Part shown: piece by piece, positions 47,836 through 60,450 of the stretch | Numbering within the stretch: the first letter of the stretch is position 1 | Layout: every line of letters begins with the position of its first letter | Origin: Somniosus microcephalus | Lineage: Eukaryota | Reading direction: 5' to 3' | Assembly (NCBI GenBank): GCA_052327205.1 | Contig: CM126213.1 | Span: forward strand, 33,790,001-33,854,000 | Length of the DNA: 64,000 nt | Program-made: the position numbers and the translations under genes | The notes under the pieces: model-generated | Seen by the model: only the letters and a program-made list of their open reading frames with translations | Told to the model about the DNA's origin: nothing | Database searches by the model: none

Positions 47836-49350
47836 TATTTACAAACCAAAAAAAAGTGGCAGAAATGAGAGGTGCACTTAAGTCTGCAAATGGTACGTGG
47901 GGTGTAAGGAGCTGTGGTTGAAATGAGCCCATCGCACCAGCTTCCCTGCCTGTTCGCCCTGGATTAAAGTCGCAAACAGGACGGCTGGTTAATGTCGGCA
48001 TCACTGCCGTGCTTCAGTGAATTGGCACATCCTCCCACTCTTGGGTCTGTTTGAGAATAGGCCATTGACACGGTGCGAGGCACTTGTTATGTGATTACGG
48101 CCCATTAAATCAGTGATTAATGGACCATTTTACAGGGAAAGGTCACTTTAGATCACCGGAGTGTTCAGAAGTCGGAACAAGAAAACAGTGCAAGTGAAAT
48201 GGAGGTGGGAAAAGAAATGGGCATATCAAAAAGGAAATCTCGCCCCTGCGAGAAAACTTGTTGAGGAGTTAGAACTCACTCAGAAACGGAGTGCACGCCT
48301 GCTGGCTCTCGCGTGATTTCTGGCGTTCGTCAGAGTTTTTATATTGGTGCAAGAAGTAGTCTCTCTCTCTTACTGTTTGAGAAATAATTAAAGAGCTCAG
48401 CACATTGGAGTGGGTTCGCAACCTAATAACCTCGCGTATAAATTGAATTAGAAACCAGAGGAGCCAGGATTTCCCCTCGCCCGACCTCCACCTTCTGTAG
48501 AAATCCAGAGCAGACTGGCTAGAATTGGAACCGCGCCCCTAACATTGATCAACGTTGCCCCGGAGCGTTACGGTTCTGCAAAGCCACTAAGTACCAGAGC
48601 ACCGTTTGGAGTCTTTCAGCTCGTTTTCGGTTAAAGTGCCGCCACGATGGCCAGCGGCCCAGATTGTATCAGACCACACCTGGCAGGTGATGAGAGTCTC
48701 TTCCACACTCCTGGAATACGTGGATGCAGTGGTCTCTCCAAGTTGCTTGCCGCAGTGACGTTGATTAAACATGATGTGGCCGTGGTGCCGCGCCGTCTTG
48801 CGCGTGCCCACCTAGGGCCAAGGACGCTTGAGAAGACGGAGGCCGTTGCAGGAGCCAGAGTGGCCTGGATCACTGCATCCCAATCCCAGGCCTCGTGTCT
48901 GCTTCTCTTCAGAAGGAAGCCTTACTCTTTCCTGCTTTTTGCAGTGCTCTGCGTAGTCTGTATTTAATTGTGTAGGACATCTCTAAAACAAGAGGCGTTC
49001 TTCGCCCTCCTAAAGCTTGGACGTTGCCTTTCATAACGAATCGACATTTTTTGGTGTAAAACTTCAGGTACCTGTTTCTGTAATAGATCATTTAGGCATG
49101 GTTACTAGATGTAATCTACCAGTATACGATGTAAACTTAGTATTGAAGAAAATCCAATTGATTCTGACTTTGAACAGAGGGGGATTGCGAATAATAATTT
49201 TGCGTACCTAACTTCGACTTACATATAATGCTTACATGTAAGCCTAGAAATTATTGTTAGTGATATAAGCATAAAGTAAATGGGTTAAAGCCCCCATTAA
49301 AAAAGCAGACATGTAAATGTCATACAAATGCACCAAACATCCGTACCTGA

Positions 49351-49748
49351 GAAAGAAAGACTTGCATTTATACAGCGCCTTTCACAGCCTCAGGACGTCC
49401 CAAAGCACTTTACAGCCAATTAAGTACTTTTTGAAGTGTAGTCACTGTTGTAATGTAGGAAATGCGTCAGTCAATTTGCGCAAAGCAAGGTCCCACAAAC
49501 AGCAATGTGATAATGACCCGATGATTTGTTTTAGTGATGTTGGTTGAGGGATAAATATTGACACCGGGGATAACTCCCCTGCTCTTCTTCGAAAGCGTGC
49601 CGAGGGGTATCTTTTACATCCACCTGAGGGGGCAGACGGGGCCTCGGTTTTAACGTCTCATCCGAAAGACGTCACCTCCGACAGTGCAGCGGAGGCTCCC
49701 TCAGCACCGCACGGGGAGTGTCAGCCTAGATTTTGTGCTCAAGTCTCT
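49351..49748 (-). mobile_element. Deu-domain SINE lacking its 5' head
   Basis: Reverse complement matches 18250-18610. Confidence 0.9.
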
Positions 49749-50632
49749 GCTAATCTCACAAACCATCATTTCTAGGTTATAATAACTATCTTGATTGCAT
49801 TACATAACCGCTTGTGTTCTTAACAATTTTCTGTGTTTAAAAACTCTTTTCTGATAATGTCCAGATTCAGACTGAAGGCTGAGGAATTATGCAGTTGAAC
49901 AGTTTAAGCTAAGCTAATTATGTGTGTGTATGTGTATGTGTTTAGCAGGACTAGTGCTGTGGAATGTTATTAGATTAGAGCCTTTCGAGCTTTTTTAAAC
50001 CACAGATTTTGACAGTGGAGCAGAGAGCTTGCCCAGTTAATCAAAACCACCATGTAAATAATTTAAAGGAATAATGGACACATATGTGGACTGTCTTGCT
50101 GCATTTGAGGTTAGCTTGAATGATGGAGAGTTGAGACGCAAGGTTGAGTCTGTCAATCCTTCGCTGTGTCCTCCATTTGCCAAGACGCTGCACATAAAGT
50201 CCACTCTGGCTATTTAATCAGACAAAAAAAATGTTGAATTTCTAGATTTGGTTTTGCTCTTGGTTTCTTTCTTATTCAAATTATTTTGAACTTCCTTTCT
50301 CGGATATCGGGCCTCTGTGGTTTATATAATATTCCCAATCACGGGGACACTTATTTGCATGTAGTTTTGTTGAGGTCAGGATGAAAAAAAAACTTGAAAG
50401 ACGCAGAGGAGAAATGTTGTTTTGACCGGAGAAACTCGTTTGGTTTCTCTGTGGAAATGAGCGGCCTAGCAACAGAGGGAACAGCAGCACCAACAAGGAT
50501 GAATCATTTGTTGTTTTTTTTGAGTCCTGCAGATGAAGGAATTTGATAGACTTCTCTGAGCCGAGTCTTCCTCCTGACCAGGAGTATTTAGCTCCTTTTG
50601 CATGAGAATAAAGCCCGCAGTAAAGAAACACA

Positions 50633-50633
<1 letters not shown>

Positions 50634-50664
<31 letters not shown>

Positions 50665-50675
50665 TCTCTCTCCCT
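50634..50675. repeat. (CT)n microsatellite
   Basis: About 20 units, interrupted. Confidence 0.95.
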
Positions 50676-50825
50676 CTTTCCTAAAATTTTACTTAAGTAG
50701 ATTAGCTTGCAGGGTGTGCTGCTGGAATGAAGCACCCCTGTTATTTCACAGTATTGAGTGCGTACAGATTGTCTTACATTGCAAGCCGTGGACGACTTGA
50801 TTTCCTATCTGAAGGGGAACCAGTT

Positions 50826-50930
50826 CATAGGAACGGGAGTAGGCCCTGCAGCCCCTCGAGCCTGCTCCGCCATTCACTTAGATCATGGCTGATCTGTACC
50901 TCAACTCCATTTACCTGCCTTTGTTCCATA
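50826..50930 (-). mobile_element. CR1 3' tail
   Basis: cataggaacgggagtaggcc…cccctcgagcctgctccgccattca. Confidence 0.8.
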
Positions 50931-50931
50931 A

Positions 50932-51220
50932 GTCTGCCCTCTCAGGTGGACGTAAAAGATCCCATGGCAGTATTTCGACGAAGAGCAGGGGAGTTCTTCC
51001 CGGTGACCAGGCCAATATTTATCCCTCAATCAACATCACTAAAACAGATCTGGTCATTACCACATTGCTGTTTGTGGGAGCTTGCTGTGCGCAAATTGGC
51101 TGCCGCGTTGCCTACATTACAACAGTGACTACACTTCAAAAAGTACCTCATTGGCTGTAAAGCGCATTGGAGCGTCCTGAGGGCGTAGAAAGGCGCTTTA
51201 TAAATGCAAGTCTTTCTTTT
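50932..51220 (+). mobile_element. Deu-SINE 3' half
   Basis: gtctgccctctcaggtggacgtaaaagatccc…taaatgcaagtctttcttt. Confidence 0.9.
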
Positions 51221-52086
51221 TTCTTTTATCCTTTTGATACACTCTTACACAACAAAAATCTATCGATCTCTGTCTTGCAGATCAAGAGTTAGCAAAATAA
51301 ATGAAATGTTTGAAAATTGGTTACTATTAGTTATTGTGATCCATTCGTTGCCTTGGAGAACTTACTGTAGAATTTTTTACAAAAAACGTTTTATAGTTGG
51401 GCCTCCAGGGCTCACTCCACGAAGTACGCTTCTGATTGCAGTTGGGTTGTGGAGGGGCACTGTGCGTACAGTGGAGAGTAGAGTGCTTCCCACAAGTAGG
51501 GAAGAGAATTAGAGCGTCTTACCCGCACACCTTGCAGCACCTGGTTACAGTGCTGTTGGCAGGAGTCTGGGAGCAAGTGATCTGCCTCCATCTTAGCTAA
51601 GCCAGGTGAGGCTGGAGGGAGCGATCAAAAAGATAAGGAAGATTAGATAAGGGATTGTAAAGTTGGCCTTTTTGGGGGATGCTTTCACCGCTCTGTTCCG
51701 TGTGCGCCCAGTGGAAACTTGCCGAATTTTCCAACACTGGCTGCTGAGAAGACCCATTTAAAAAATGGGGTACAGTATTCACAGCGGCCGTACTTTGCAA
51801 ATCCGGCGGGTTTACACTGGGGCTTCTGCCAGGTGTGCGAGGCCTGCACATTGGAAACTGCCGACACACATCCCCCTCTAAGGCCAATAAAGACGCAGCT
51901 GAAGAAGGACTGGCATTTCCTTCAGTCATCACACCCCTGAGACACTGTCCTTAAACCCCTCCGTCCAGCCACCTCTCTACTCACCTTTTTAAAAACCCAC
52001 CTCAAAAAGCTATCTGCTCAATTAGGTCTTCAGTCACCTCTCCTGAACCCCCCTGCACACTTGGTAGTCAATACCTCTTAATAATG

Positions 52087-52200
52087 TAATAGCAAAATAC
52101 TGCGGATGCTGGAAATCTGAAATAACAACAGAAAATGCTGGAAATACTCTCTCCGCGGATGCTGCCTGGCCTGCTGAGTATTTCCAGCATTTTCTGTTGT
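52087..52200. mobile_element. PLE-derived 114-bp hairpin insertion with 15-bp TSD
   Basis: Perfect inverted arms acaacagaaaatgctggaaatactc / gagtatttccagcattttctgttgt; TSD tacctcttaataatg at 52072-52086 and 52201-52215. Confidence 0.85.
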
Positions 52201-52269
52201 TACCTCTTAATAATGCACTGCCGACTTTTTCTGCGACACTCGAGGTATTTATTGTTTTCGAACAGCTTA

Positions 52270-52510
52270 TCTTGTCTCTCAGGGGCTTCACAAGCAGTGA
52301 ATTACTTTTGAAGTCCACTGACTTGTCGTTATGTAGGCAAGTGTGGCAGCCATTTTGTGTACAGCAAGCTCTCTCGGACAACAATGAGACGAATGACCGG
52401 TTAATCTACTTTCGGCACTGTTGATTGAGGGAGGATTGCTGGGCATGTACGCTGGGAGAATTCACTGCTCTTTTTCAAATCGTGGCGTGGTATCATTAAC
52501 ATCGCGACGA
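52270..52510 (-). mobile_element. Old Deu-SINE-like fragment
   Basis: ttacttttgaagt…tgtggcagccattttgtgtacagcaag…ttgattgaggg. Confidence 0.6.
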
Positions 52511-52529
52511 ACCACTAGAACAGGTGTTT

Positions 52530-52845
52530 GTCTTCACCTGAGCCACTTAGACTAAGCCCGCTCTCATGCTCGCTCTCTTTTCAAGCAACAATCTCATTCC
52601 CTTTTTCAAGAAATTATTGACTGTATTTCCGTGATGCTATGTGGAGGAGAATTCCACATTCCAACAATTCTCTGTCTAAATATCTTTTTTCGACCCTCCC
52701 TTTAATTTTTTTTTAATGATTATATTAAATTTTTTCCCCTTTGTGGAAACAATCTACCGCTATTTATCTTATCGTAACCCTTCATAATTCGGAAGACCTC
52801 TATCGATTTACTCTCATTAACCTTCTCCTCCAATAAAAGAAGCAA
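52530..52845 (-). mobile_element. Old CR1 fragment
   Basis: gagaattccacattccaacaattctctg…cccttcataatt…gacctctatc…aaccttctc. Confidence 0.6.
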
Positions 52846-53242
52846 TGATTACTCGGGCCTCGCTTGAGAACTGTAACCTCTGGCGACATCCCCAACGATC
52901 CTCCGAAACCCACAACCTCCACCACCTACAGCCAGCTGGAGAGAGATAATTCCAGGGTGGTGTGTGTTACAAACACAGATTATTAGGTTTAACAGTCCTC
53001 TCACTCCAGTTACAATTGCAGTTTCGTGTTTACCCTGAACGTTTTTTTGCTTCCCATCAGTGCAAAGTGTGTGGTGCCATTCTGGTGTGAGTTTCACCAG
53101 GTGAAGTGAGAGAGAAGCTGAAGGAGGTAGGCTTGGACAGAGCCTGGTTGCTGTACAACCACAAATAGTGCAAAGCGAAGTATGAAGAGCTCCCGGGCGT
53201 TCTAGCAAAACTCCGGTCTGCCGGCCCCACATCGCCCGACAC

Positions 53243-53550
53243 AACAACAACAACTTGCATTCATATAGCGCCTTTAATGGAGTAAAACGTCCCAAGGCGC
53301 TTCACAGGAGCGATTATCGTACAAAATTTGACACCGAGCCACAAAAGGCGATGCTGGGACAGGTCAAAGGGATAGGTTTTAAGGAGCGTCTTAAAGGAGG
53401 AGCGGGAGGCAGAGAGGATTAGGGAGAGAATTCCAGTGCTGAGGACCTAGGCGGCTGAAGGCACAGCTGTCAGTGGCGGTAGCGATGAGTACTGGGGATG
53501 CGCAAGAGGCCAGAATTGGAGGAGCGCAGAGATCTCGGAGGGTTGTAGGG
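53243..53550 (-). mobile_element. L2 LINE 3' end
   Basis: acaacaacaacttgcattcatatagcgcctttaa…ggagcgcagagatctcggagggttgtaggg. Confidence 0.92.
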
Positions 53551-55446
53551 CCGGAGGACGCACCATTCTCAAGCCGGCCGGTAAACTGCAGAATAATGAA
53601 TTCCTGTAGATCACACAAGATGGATGTAGTTTGTTTCTGTCTGAATCCTTCTATTTATCTTGCTCACTCACCATTGTTATTACTGTAGCCGGTTTTTTTT
53701 GTGTTTCTGCATTGTCGGTTATTGCACGGTTGGATAACAGAGTGAGACTCCATTGAATAATGGCTCACACCCGTCCTGGTGCTCCAAACCAAAACTCCGA
53801 TTGGATTGTTAACAGTATACGGAGTGCTCCTTGTTATGTGTAACCGATTTTCACCACAAGTATGTACGGACGCACTCGGGCTATACATTTAACAGGATGT
53901 CTATATGGCAAGAGTTGGTGCTTTACTGCCCCATAAATTCAGACCGTTTAACCCCACTGTCGAGTTTTCAATTTAATCCAAGCAACCTAAGGGTGAGGTG
54001 CAGAATATGACATTTACACTGGTTAGACTCCAGTGTTTAGTGAACTGTCGAGGCGTTAAACAGAGGCATTTAGTTGAACAATGAAAGGATTAGCATTTGT
54101 AAAGGTGAGAATGGGGTCATTAATCTGCTGCTTAAGGGTTGCATTGTGTGTGCGGACAGCAAAACTCTATACTGTATATTTTAAAATGAAAATTGCCCCT
54201 CATGCGCTCAACTCTTTTAACCAAACTGGCCTCCTTAGAATTGAATGGAGGCAAAGTTGCAGCTTTATACGCATTTTTTTAAACACTTAAAAGGGAGTGT
54301 GACTTTTAACCCAGGGGGTGTGTGCACTTATTTTACAGGGGCGGGGTGGGGGGGTGAAAATCATCGATTCTATTGTCAAGATATTGGTGGATTTCCTCTT
54401 TATCTGTTGAGGGTCTAAGCTACAAAGCTGCATTTCTGCTAGAGGTGAAGATTAATGCGGAAATAACAACATGTCTGTAAATGAAAATGAGGAACAGATG
54501 CTTGTTGATTAGGAATGTGCTTTTGATAACAGGACTGCGCTGGTACAGTGAGCACACCGATAGAAAGCAGCTGTTTCCCAATTCCTCCGCCTGATAACTA
54601 TATAAATCATTCAGTAAATATTGGAGATGAACTGATACCAGGTACCATTTATCTGGGATCTGACACACACACACACAAAAATGTTGTCTGTGCTGTTGGC
54701 TGGTATTGGCTGCAGTGGAGAATTGAGGATTATCTCCTCTTAAGATCAGTTTCTACTTGGATAGATTCCCTTTTACCGTGGGGCCACAGAAATCACTTTC
54801 ACTGTAACATTACGAGGTTGCGGAAACGCCACCGAGACTTGAGACAAAACGTAATTAGTAACGCGCACTGTTTACGTGAACTCTCTAGTAGCATGTGCTT
54901 GGCAGAATTTTAATAATAGGCACTCGTCGCACATTACAGCTTCAGAAATAATACGTTTCTTTCATGCTGTGTATCATTAAACCACAACGCCAGAAGTGCT
55001 CAGAAACGCTTCTTCCCAGAGTTATGAATAAACTGCACTGTTTAAAATAAAGTTACATTTTTTTGTCTATGTACTTGATTGAACACCAAATTTTTTTTAA
55101 GATTAAAAAAAAAATCTCTGCATTGTGAAAGTGCCTGTTTCCTTGAAGATTTAATGGTAGTTTTCAGAGGTATAATATTTTAGGAAGAGCCCTTTTCTGC
55201 TCTCTAGGCTGGCCGCCAACAAACAGTGACTTGTTCTGATGAGATTGTCTGACTTCAAGTGCACAGGAATGCTGTTCAGCTGAAACCCTTTGAGTTTAAG
55301 GGTGTTGTACAAGCCGTTCCCTTGTTGTACTGTTGGTGCCCGTGTAAACAATTAGACGAATTAGAGTAAATATTGATCGGACCGGACCATCAGGTTATGT
55401 TAAAATCTAAAGCCGGCCACAGCCAACTTCCACTGGTTATGCTAGA

Positions 55447-55747
55447 CAGAGTTGCCAACCCTCCAGGAATTGTACCAGAGTCTCCAGGAATGAAAGATTA
55501 ATCTCCTGAACTCTGCTGCGAGCCAGTCGGTAGAAAAAGCATCGGGACCTGGAATAGTGTAGCACAGAAGGAGGTCATTCGGCCCATTAAAAAAAGTAAT
55601 CGTGTCTTTTTTTTCCCCCCCATTTTATTCAAACACTTTTGTTTTATTAATTATAAAAAATATTGGCGATAGGAAGAAAATAGAAGCTGTTTGACTGGGC
55701 AGGGCGGGAATCTCCAGCAATACGTCCAACCGGCGTTGGTAACCCTG
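55447..55747. mobile_element. hAT-like MITE with degenerate 8-bp TSD
   Basis: TIRs cagagttgccaac / gttggtaaccctg; flanks atgctaga and atgctggg match at 6/8. Confidence 0.75.
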
Positions 55748-56170
55748 ATGCTGGGACGGAATAACACGCAGAAATATTTCTGATGCCATGAAATTTATGT
55801 TTCGAAGGAACTGGGTCAAATGTTGGAAATTAAATTTGATATTTCAAATATCATAAAACGATGCTCTTCGACAAAGAGCTGCCGCTCCGTCCGACCCAAT
55901 CGTTGCATTTTTATTTCCTGGGTGATTTTCCAGGGAACAATCTTTTCTCTATTTATATAAATACAGTTTGCTAAATTTCAATTTTTTTTTGTTGCAAACC
56001 CACTCGCAAGAAATGATTCATCTTTAAAAGCCCACAGCTTCACGCAGTGAAGGAATGTCTTCTAGCCGCGAAAATCACAAAAGGTGCACTGCATATGAAT
56101 GAGAGATTTCTGAGCCAGATATACAATCGAGCTGTTCCAGGAACATGTAACCAACTATTTGGTAACTTTG

Positions 56171-56321
56171 AACGACCAGTAATAACTGTGACTAAAATGG
56201 TCACTCACAAAAATAAAAATAAAATGAGGTGAGTGTCTTGATTGATGTTAAACGACCGGTAATAACTATGAATAAAATGGTCACTCAAAAAAAAATAAGG
56301 TGAGTGTCTTGATTGGTGTTG
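56171..56321. repeat. Imperfect tandem duplication (about 80 + 70 bp)
   Basis: aacgacc(a/g)gtaataact…aaaatggtcactca…aggtgagtgtcttgattg twice. Confidence 0.9.
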
Positions 56322-56916
56322 ATGCTTAAGTGTCCACTTTCCGTTCCCCCCCCCCCCCCCATTATTACCAAACTCTTCCCATGAGGAAGAGATGAGGGGG
56401 GTGGAAATTGTTCGATTATTACCGCAATGAATGCAACGTCAGTAAGACGAGGTGTGAAATTAGTGCCTGCCAACAGCAAGTGGCAGATTTAAACTAATGA
56501 ACTGCGGGCTAAATAACAGAGCTATCTCGCAGAATTGTCAGGTCAATTTAACACAGCTTGAGTCCCCAACCTCACTCACACAGAACATGTTAACTCAGAC
56601 CCGGCCGCTGTCAAGCGACACAATAAAATGGATATCATTTAAAGATAATTCAATCTGCAATTTATTTTTTTCCGGATGCAGGCAGCATAGAATGTTACTG
56701 TTGTGATGGGGTTCGAGGGGGACGGAGCGGGTGTGGGTGGTGGAATTGCTAATGTTTTTTCAGGCAGTCTATGCAAGCAGCATAAAGAGTAAAATACTGA
56801 CCCAGTGTCGGGCAGACTTGTACCCCCGCCGCGTCCATCTGAGACCACAAGTGTACAAATACCAGCCACTTCCTCCCCTCCAGTATACAGTTCCTCGGTT
56901 TGCAGGCATATGTCTC

Positions 56917-57140
56917 GTCAGCTCAGTGGGCAGCACTCTCTCTCGCCTCTGAGTCAGACGGTGGTGGGTTTAAGTCCCACTCCAGGGACTTGAGCACAAA
57001 ATCTAGGCTGACACTCCAGCGCAGTGCGGAGGGAGAGCTGCACTGTCAGAGGTGCCGTCTTTCGGATGAGACGTTGAACCCAGGACCCGTCTGCCCCCTC
57101 AGGTAGGCGTAAAAGATCCCACGGCACTGTTTCGAAGCAG
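56917..57140 (+). mobile_element. Deu-SINE 5' half
   Basis: gctcagtgggcagcactc…ctgagtcaga…aagtcccactccagggacttgagcac…aaagatcccacggcactg. Confidence 0.9.
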
Positions 57141-57640
57141 TGTAGGGGAGCTTCAAGTGGAGCATTTGTTCCTTTCCCTATATCAAACAGACTACCTCTT
57201 AAGAAGGGAGGGGATGAGGAAGACAGCAGCAAGGGTAGCCATGCTCATCCTCCTTACCATGGTGAGCTAATCGGGCAAGTGAGTAAATAAATAAATTTGA
57301 ACCATGCACTGGAAAAGAAAAGTGTTGAAAATATTACAATAGGAAAACCAGGAGTGAGACCAATAATTATCCACTGTGGTGGGAAGGAGTAAGCAACAAG
57401 TCACAAGCGCATGTCTGGTTTGGTGGTGTGTATAATCCTGATGTAAAAGCCTTAAATGCACCTTCAAAAGCCTCCTCAAAAATCTATTCCTTTGACCGTG
57501 CCCCGGAACACCTTTTTGTTTCATTTCAACTTGGTGTTCCTCCAATCGCCTTGTACAGCACCACGGGACATGAGGTTATGTGAAGAGTGCTGTAGAAGTT
57601 GCTATTGTCTATGGATCCATGACTTTATGTACATGATATA

Positions 57641-58075
57641 AAAGAAAGAACTTGCATTTATATAGCACCTTTCACAATCTCAGGATGTCCCAAAGCACAA
57701 TTACAGCCAATGAAGTATTTTTGGAAGTGTAGTCACTGTTGTAATGTAGGAAACACGGCAGCCAATTTGCACACAGCAAGATCCCACAAACAGCTGTGTG
57801 ATGATGACCAGATAATCTGTTTAGTGATGTTGGTTGAGGGATAAATATTGTACGGGAGAACTGCCCTGCTCTTTTTAGTGCCGTGGGATCTTTTACATCC
57901 ACCTGAGAGATTAACATCTCATCCAAAAGACACCACCTCCGACATTGCCGCGCTCCCTCAGTATTGCACTGGAGTGTCAGCCGAGATTTTGTGCTCACGT
58001 CTCTGTACTGGGACTTCAACCCACAACCTTCTGACTCAGAGGCAAGAGCGCTACCCACTGAGCCACTGGCTGACA
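57641..58075 (-). mobile_element. Deu-domain SINE, near full length
   Basis: Reverse complement of the 18174-18610 type, head to tail. Confidence 0.9.
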
Positions 58076-60274
58076 CCTCTGCCCAGAACAGGGATCAAAC
58101 CTGGGGCCTCCCTGGTCTGAATGGCCAGACTGGCTGGTTGCGGTCACTTTCCGAGCCCGTCGGAGGAAGCCCGACCACTGTCTCGCTAACCGTCCCTTTA
58201 TTAAATCGCAGACGACAGCCCAGTTGCAAGTTTCCATTTGTGGGAGGGAGTGTGCAAGCGCAAAGCAGAAAGTGCGAACCCTGCCAGATCATTCTGCGAG
58301 GAAATGGTGGAGTGTTGACTCTGGAGCTGCTCTAGACATAAACCTGGCACGTGGGGTTGACGCACGATTGGCCACGTGGCGCTCTCCACGTCCTGCGTAG
58401 GAGCGAGCTGGCACCAAATAAAGATTAGGAGCAACCTAATTGGAAAAGCTAAGTTCGCAATAAAACCTGAGTGGAATTTACTTAAAGCTGGTGGCAGATT
58501 TGAATGTCGCAACGAGCAATTTATTATGGCCTTGCTAGCGTTGATTTTGTCGGGTTATTAAGATCGCGGACAAGTGAGCAGAGGTTAAGCAACAGTGACT
58601 AGCTTTGTCAGCTCCCCGGGAGCCAACTCGACTGATTAAAATTGCTTAGACGACAGAAAAATGAGATAGCAGAAGTCTGGGAAAAGTAGGTGAAAAAATT
58701 AATCTTGACTCGGCAACTTCCTTAGAATATATATATCTTTTTATTGTGTATCAATAACTCTTAATTTGACGTGTGCCATGACTGGCTCTCGACTTAATAT
58801 TTTTTGACTTGAACTTGACCGAGAGGAAATGAACTCCGAGAAGCAGTAAAATACACCTTAATTTCCAGACTGAGCTGGTCAGCGGAGTAGGGAAGAAGCT
58901 GCAACAGTGCACAAAAAAAATCCAGGGTGGCCAAAAGGCAAAGGAGGAGTGAAGAAAAAGAGCTGAAAGCACTGCACAGTGCGGGGAGTGCCTGATCGGG
59001 AGTAGCCTTTTACTAAAACCTTCCTGTGTAGCTTTAAACCTCTTCCCGTGTACTCTGTCCTGTCAAAAGCTGAGGACAGCCCCTCAGGAGTGGGGTAGCA
59101 GGGAGGGGGGTGTTGGAAGAAACTGCAGCTACAGCCTGTCTGTCAAGAAGGTTAAAGGTGTGCTAGACTAATCGCAACATTTAATGCAAAGTGAGGTTCG
59201 CTCCAGAAGGATGAAGGCTACAGGAAGGCTACATTTACAACAGAACACACACACACACGCACAGTGCTCTGCACCCACTTTACTGCTCGTGTTCAGACAG
59301 CCTGTCTGAATCCCCTGTCTGTCCCGGTGCTCTCTCCATGATGTTCTCCAGCTGGCCGGCCCTTTCCTTTGCTCCCTAAAGCGGAGATCGCATCCGGGAG
59401 CCCTGTTGCTTTGTTAACCTAGTAAATCCCAGTTGCAGCTGTTGTTCGCCATTCTAGCAAACTAGTTTGCTCTGGGCTAGTTGGGGAGTGGATTTCTTTC
59501 AGTCCACGCCATTGGACACCAGTGATGTCATGTGGACGTGGCTTTCAAAGTAGCCAAGGTTTGTGGTGGGGCTCATCCTTCCAGAGTCACTTTGGGCTGT
59601 TAACATGTACATGAAGCGAAACACTATGTTTTGTAATTTTCGCAAAACCTTTTAAAAGTAGGTGAATCTACACCTCCTGTCAAAGCTTTGCCACATCGAT
59701 GAGCCTTTGCTTAGTCTTCCGAAGGTTACTCATGCTAAGCATTTTGAGTCCTTGCGTGGAGCATCATGAATTTGAAGTATGCGTGTCACCATATTGGTGC
59801 GGAGCAGTTATTGGTGAGGAGCATTGAGTTGCCATGTTCCAGGAGCAGTCCGACTTGCTGCATTGCGAACGTGTTTTGGTTTTGAGGTGTCAGCCGCGAT
59901 TATGTGCAGGAACGGGGCTTAAACCCACAACCTGCTGATTAGAAAGTGAGAGCGATACCACCTGAGCCGAACCGTTGGCTCAACCTCTCCCCAGCAACAG
60001 GACGCAACCTCCCTTTTAAGCTCTGTGTAACTCACATTGGGGATCCGCAGCAAAGAAAAACCCCACCAAATCAGGAATGTGTAGTTCTGATAAATTCTGA
60101 TGAGCTTATCAGGAAAATGCGCTAGCATTTTGCTCAAATTAAATCAGAGCTTAACTATCCCCAGCCCTCAAAGTGTTGAGTGAGTTTCCGGTCAGCAGAA
60201 GATAGGTATGATTATTGGTGGCAAAGGAAGAGTGGGCATCAACCACTGGAGTGGCCACCTATTGTAGAGGCAAA

Positions 60275-60450
60275 ACAACCATAACTTGCATTTATAGAGC
60301 GCCTTTAACGTAGTCAAAACGTCCCAAGGTGCTTCACAGCAGCGTTATCAGACAAACCTTGACACCGAGCCACATAAAGAGATGGTCGGACAGGTGACTA
60401 AAAGCTTGGTCGAAGAGGTAGGTTTTAAGGAGCGACTTCCAAGAGGGAGG
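60275..60450 (-). mobile_element. L2 LINE 3' end
   Basis: aacttgcatttatagagcgcctttaacgtag…gaggtaggttttaaggagcg. Confidence 0.88.

Noticed and set aside
57553-57575. REST/NRSE-like cagcaccacgggaca
   Set aside because: Half-site spacing is off by one and the right half is incomplete; likely chance.
60085-60120. CTGATGAgcttatcagGAAA as a hammerhead
   Set aside because: CTGAT pairs with the downstream ATCAG, so there is no proper stem II, and no helix I or III with an NUH site.
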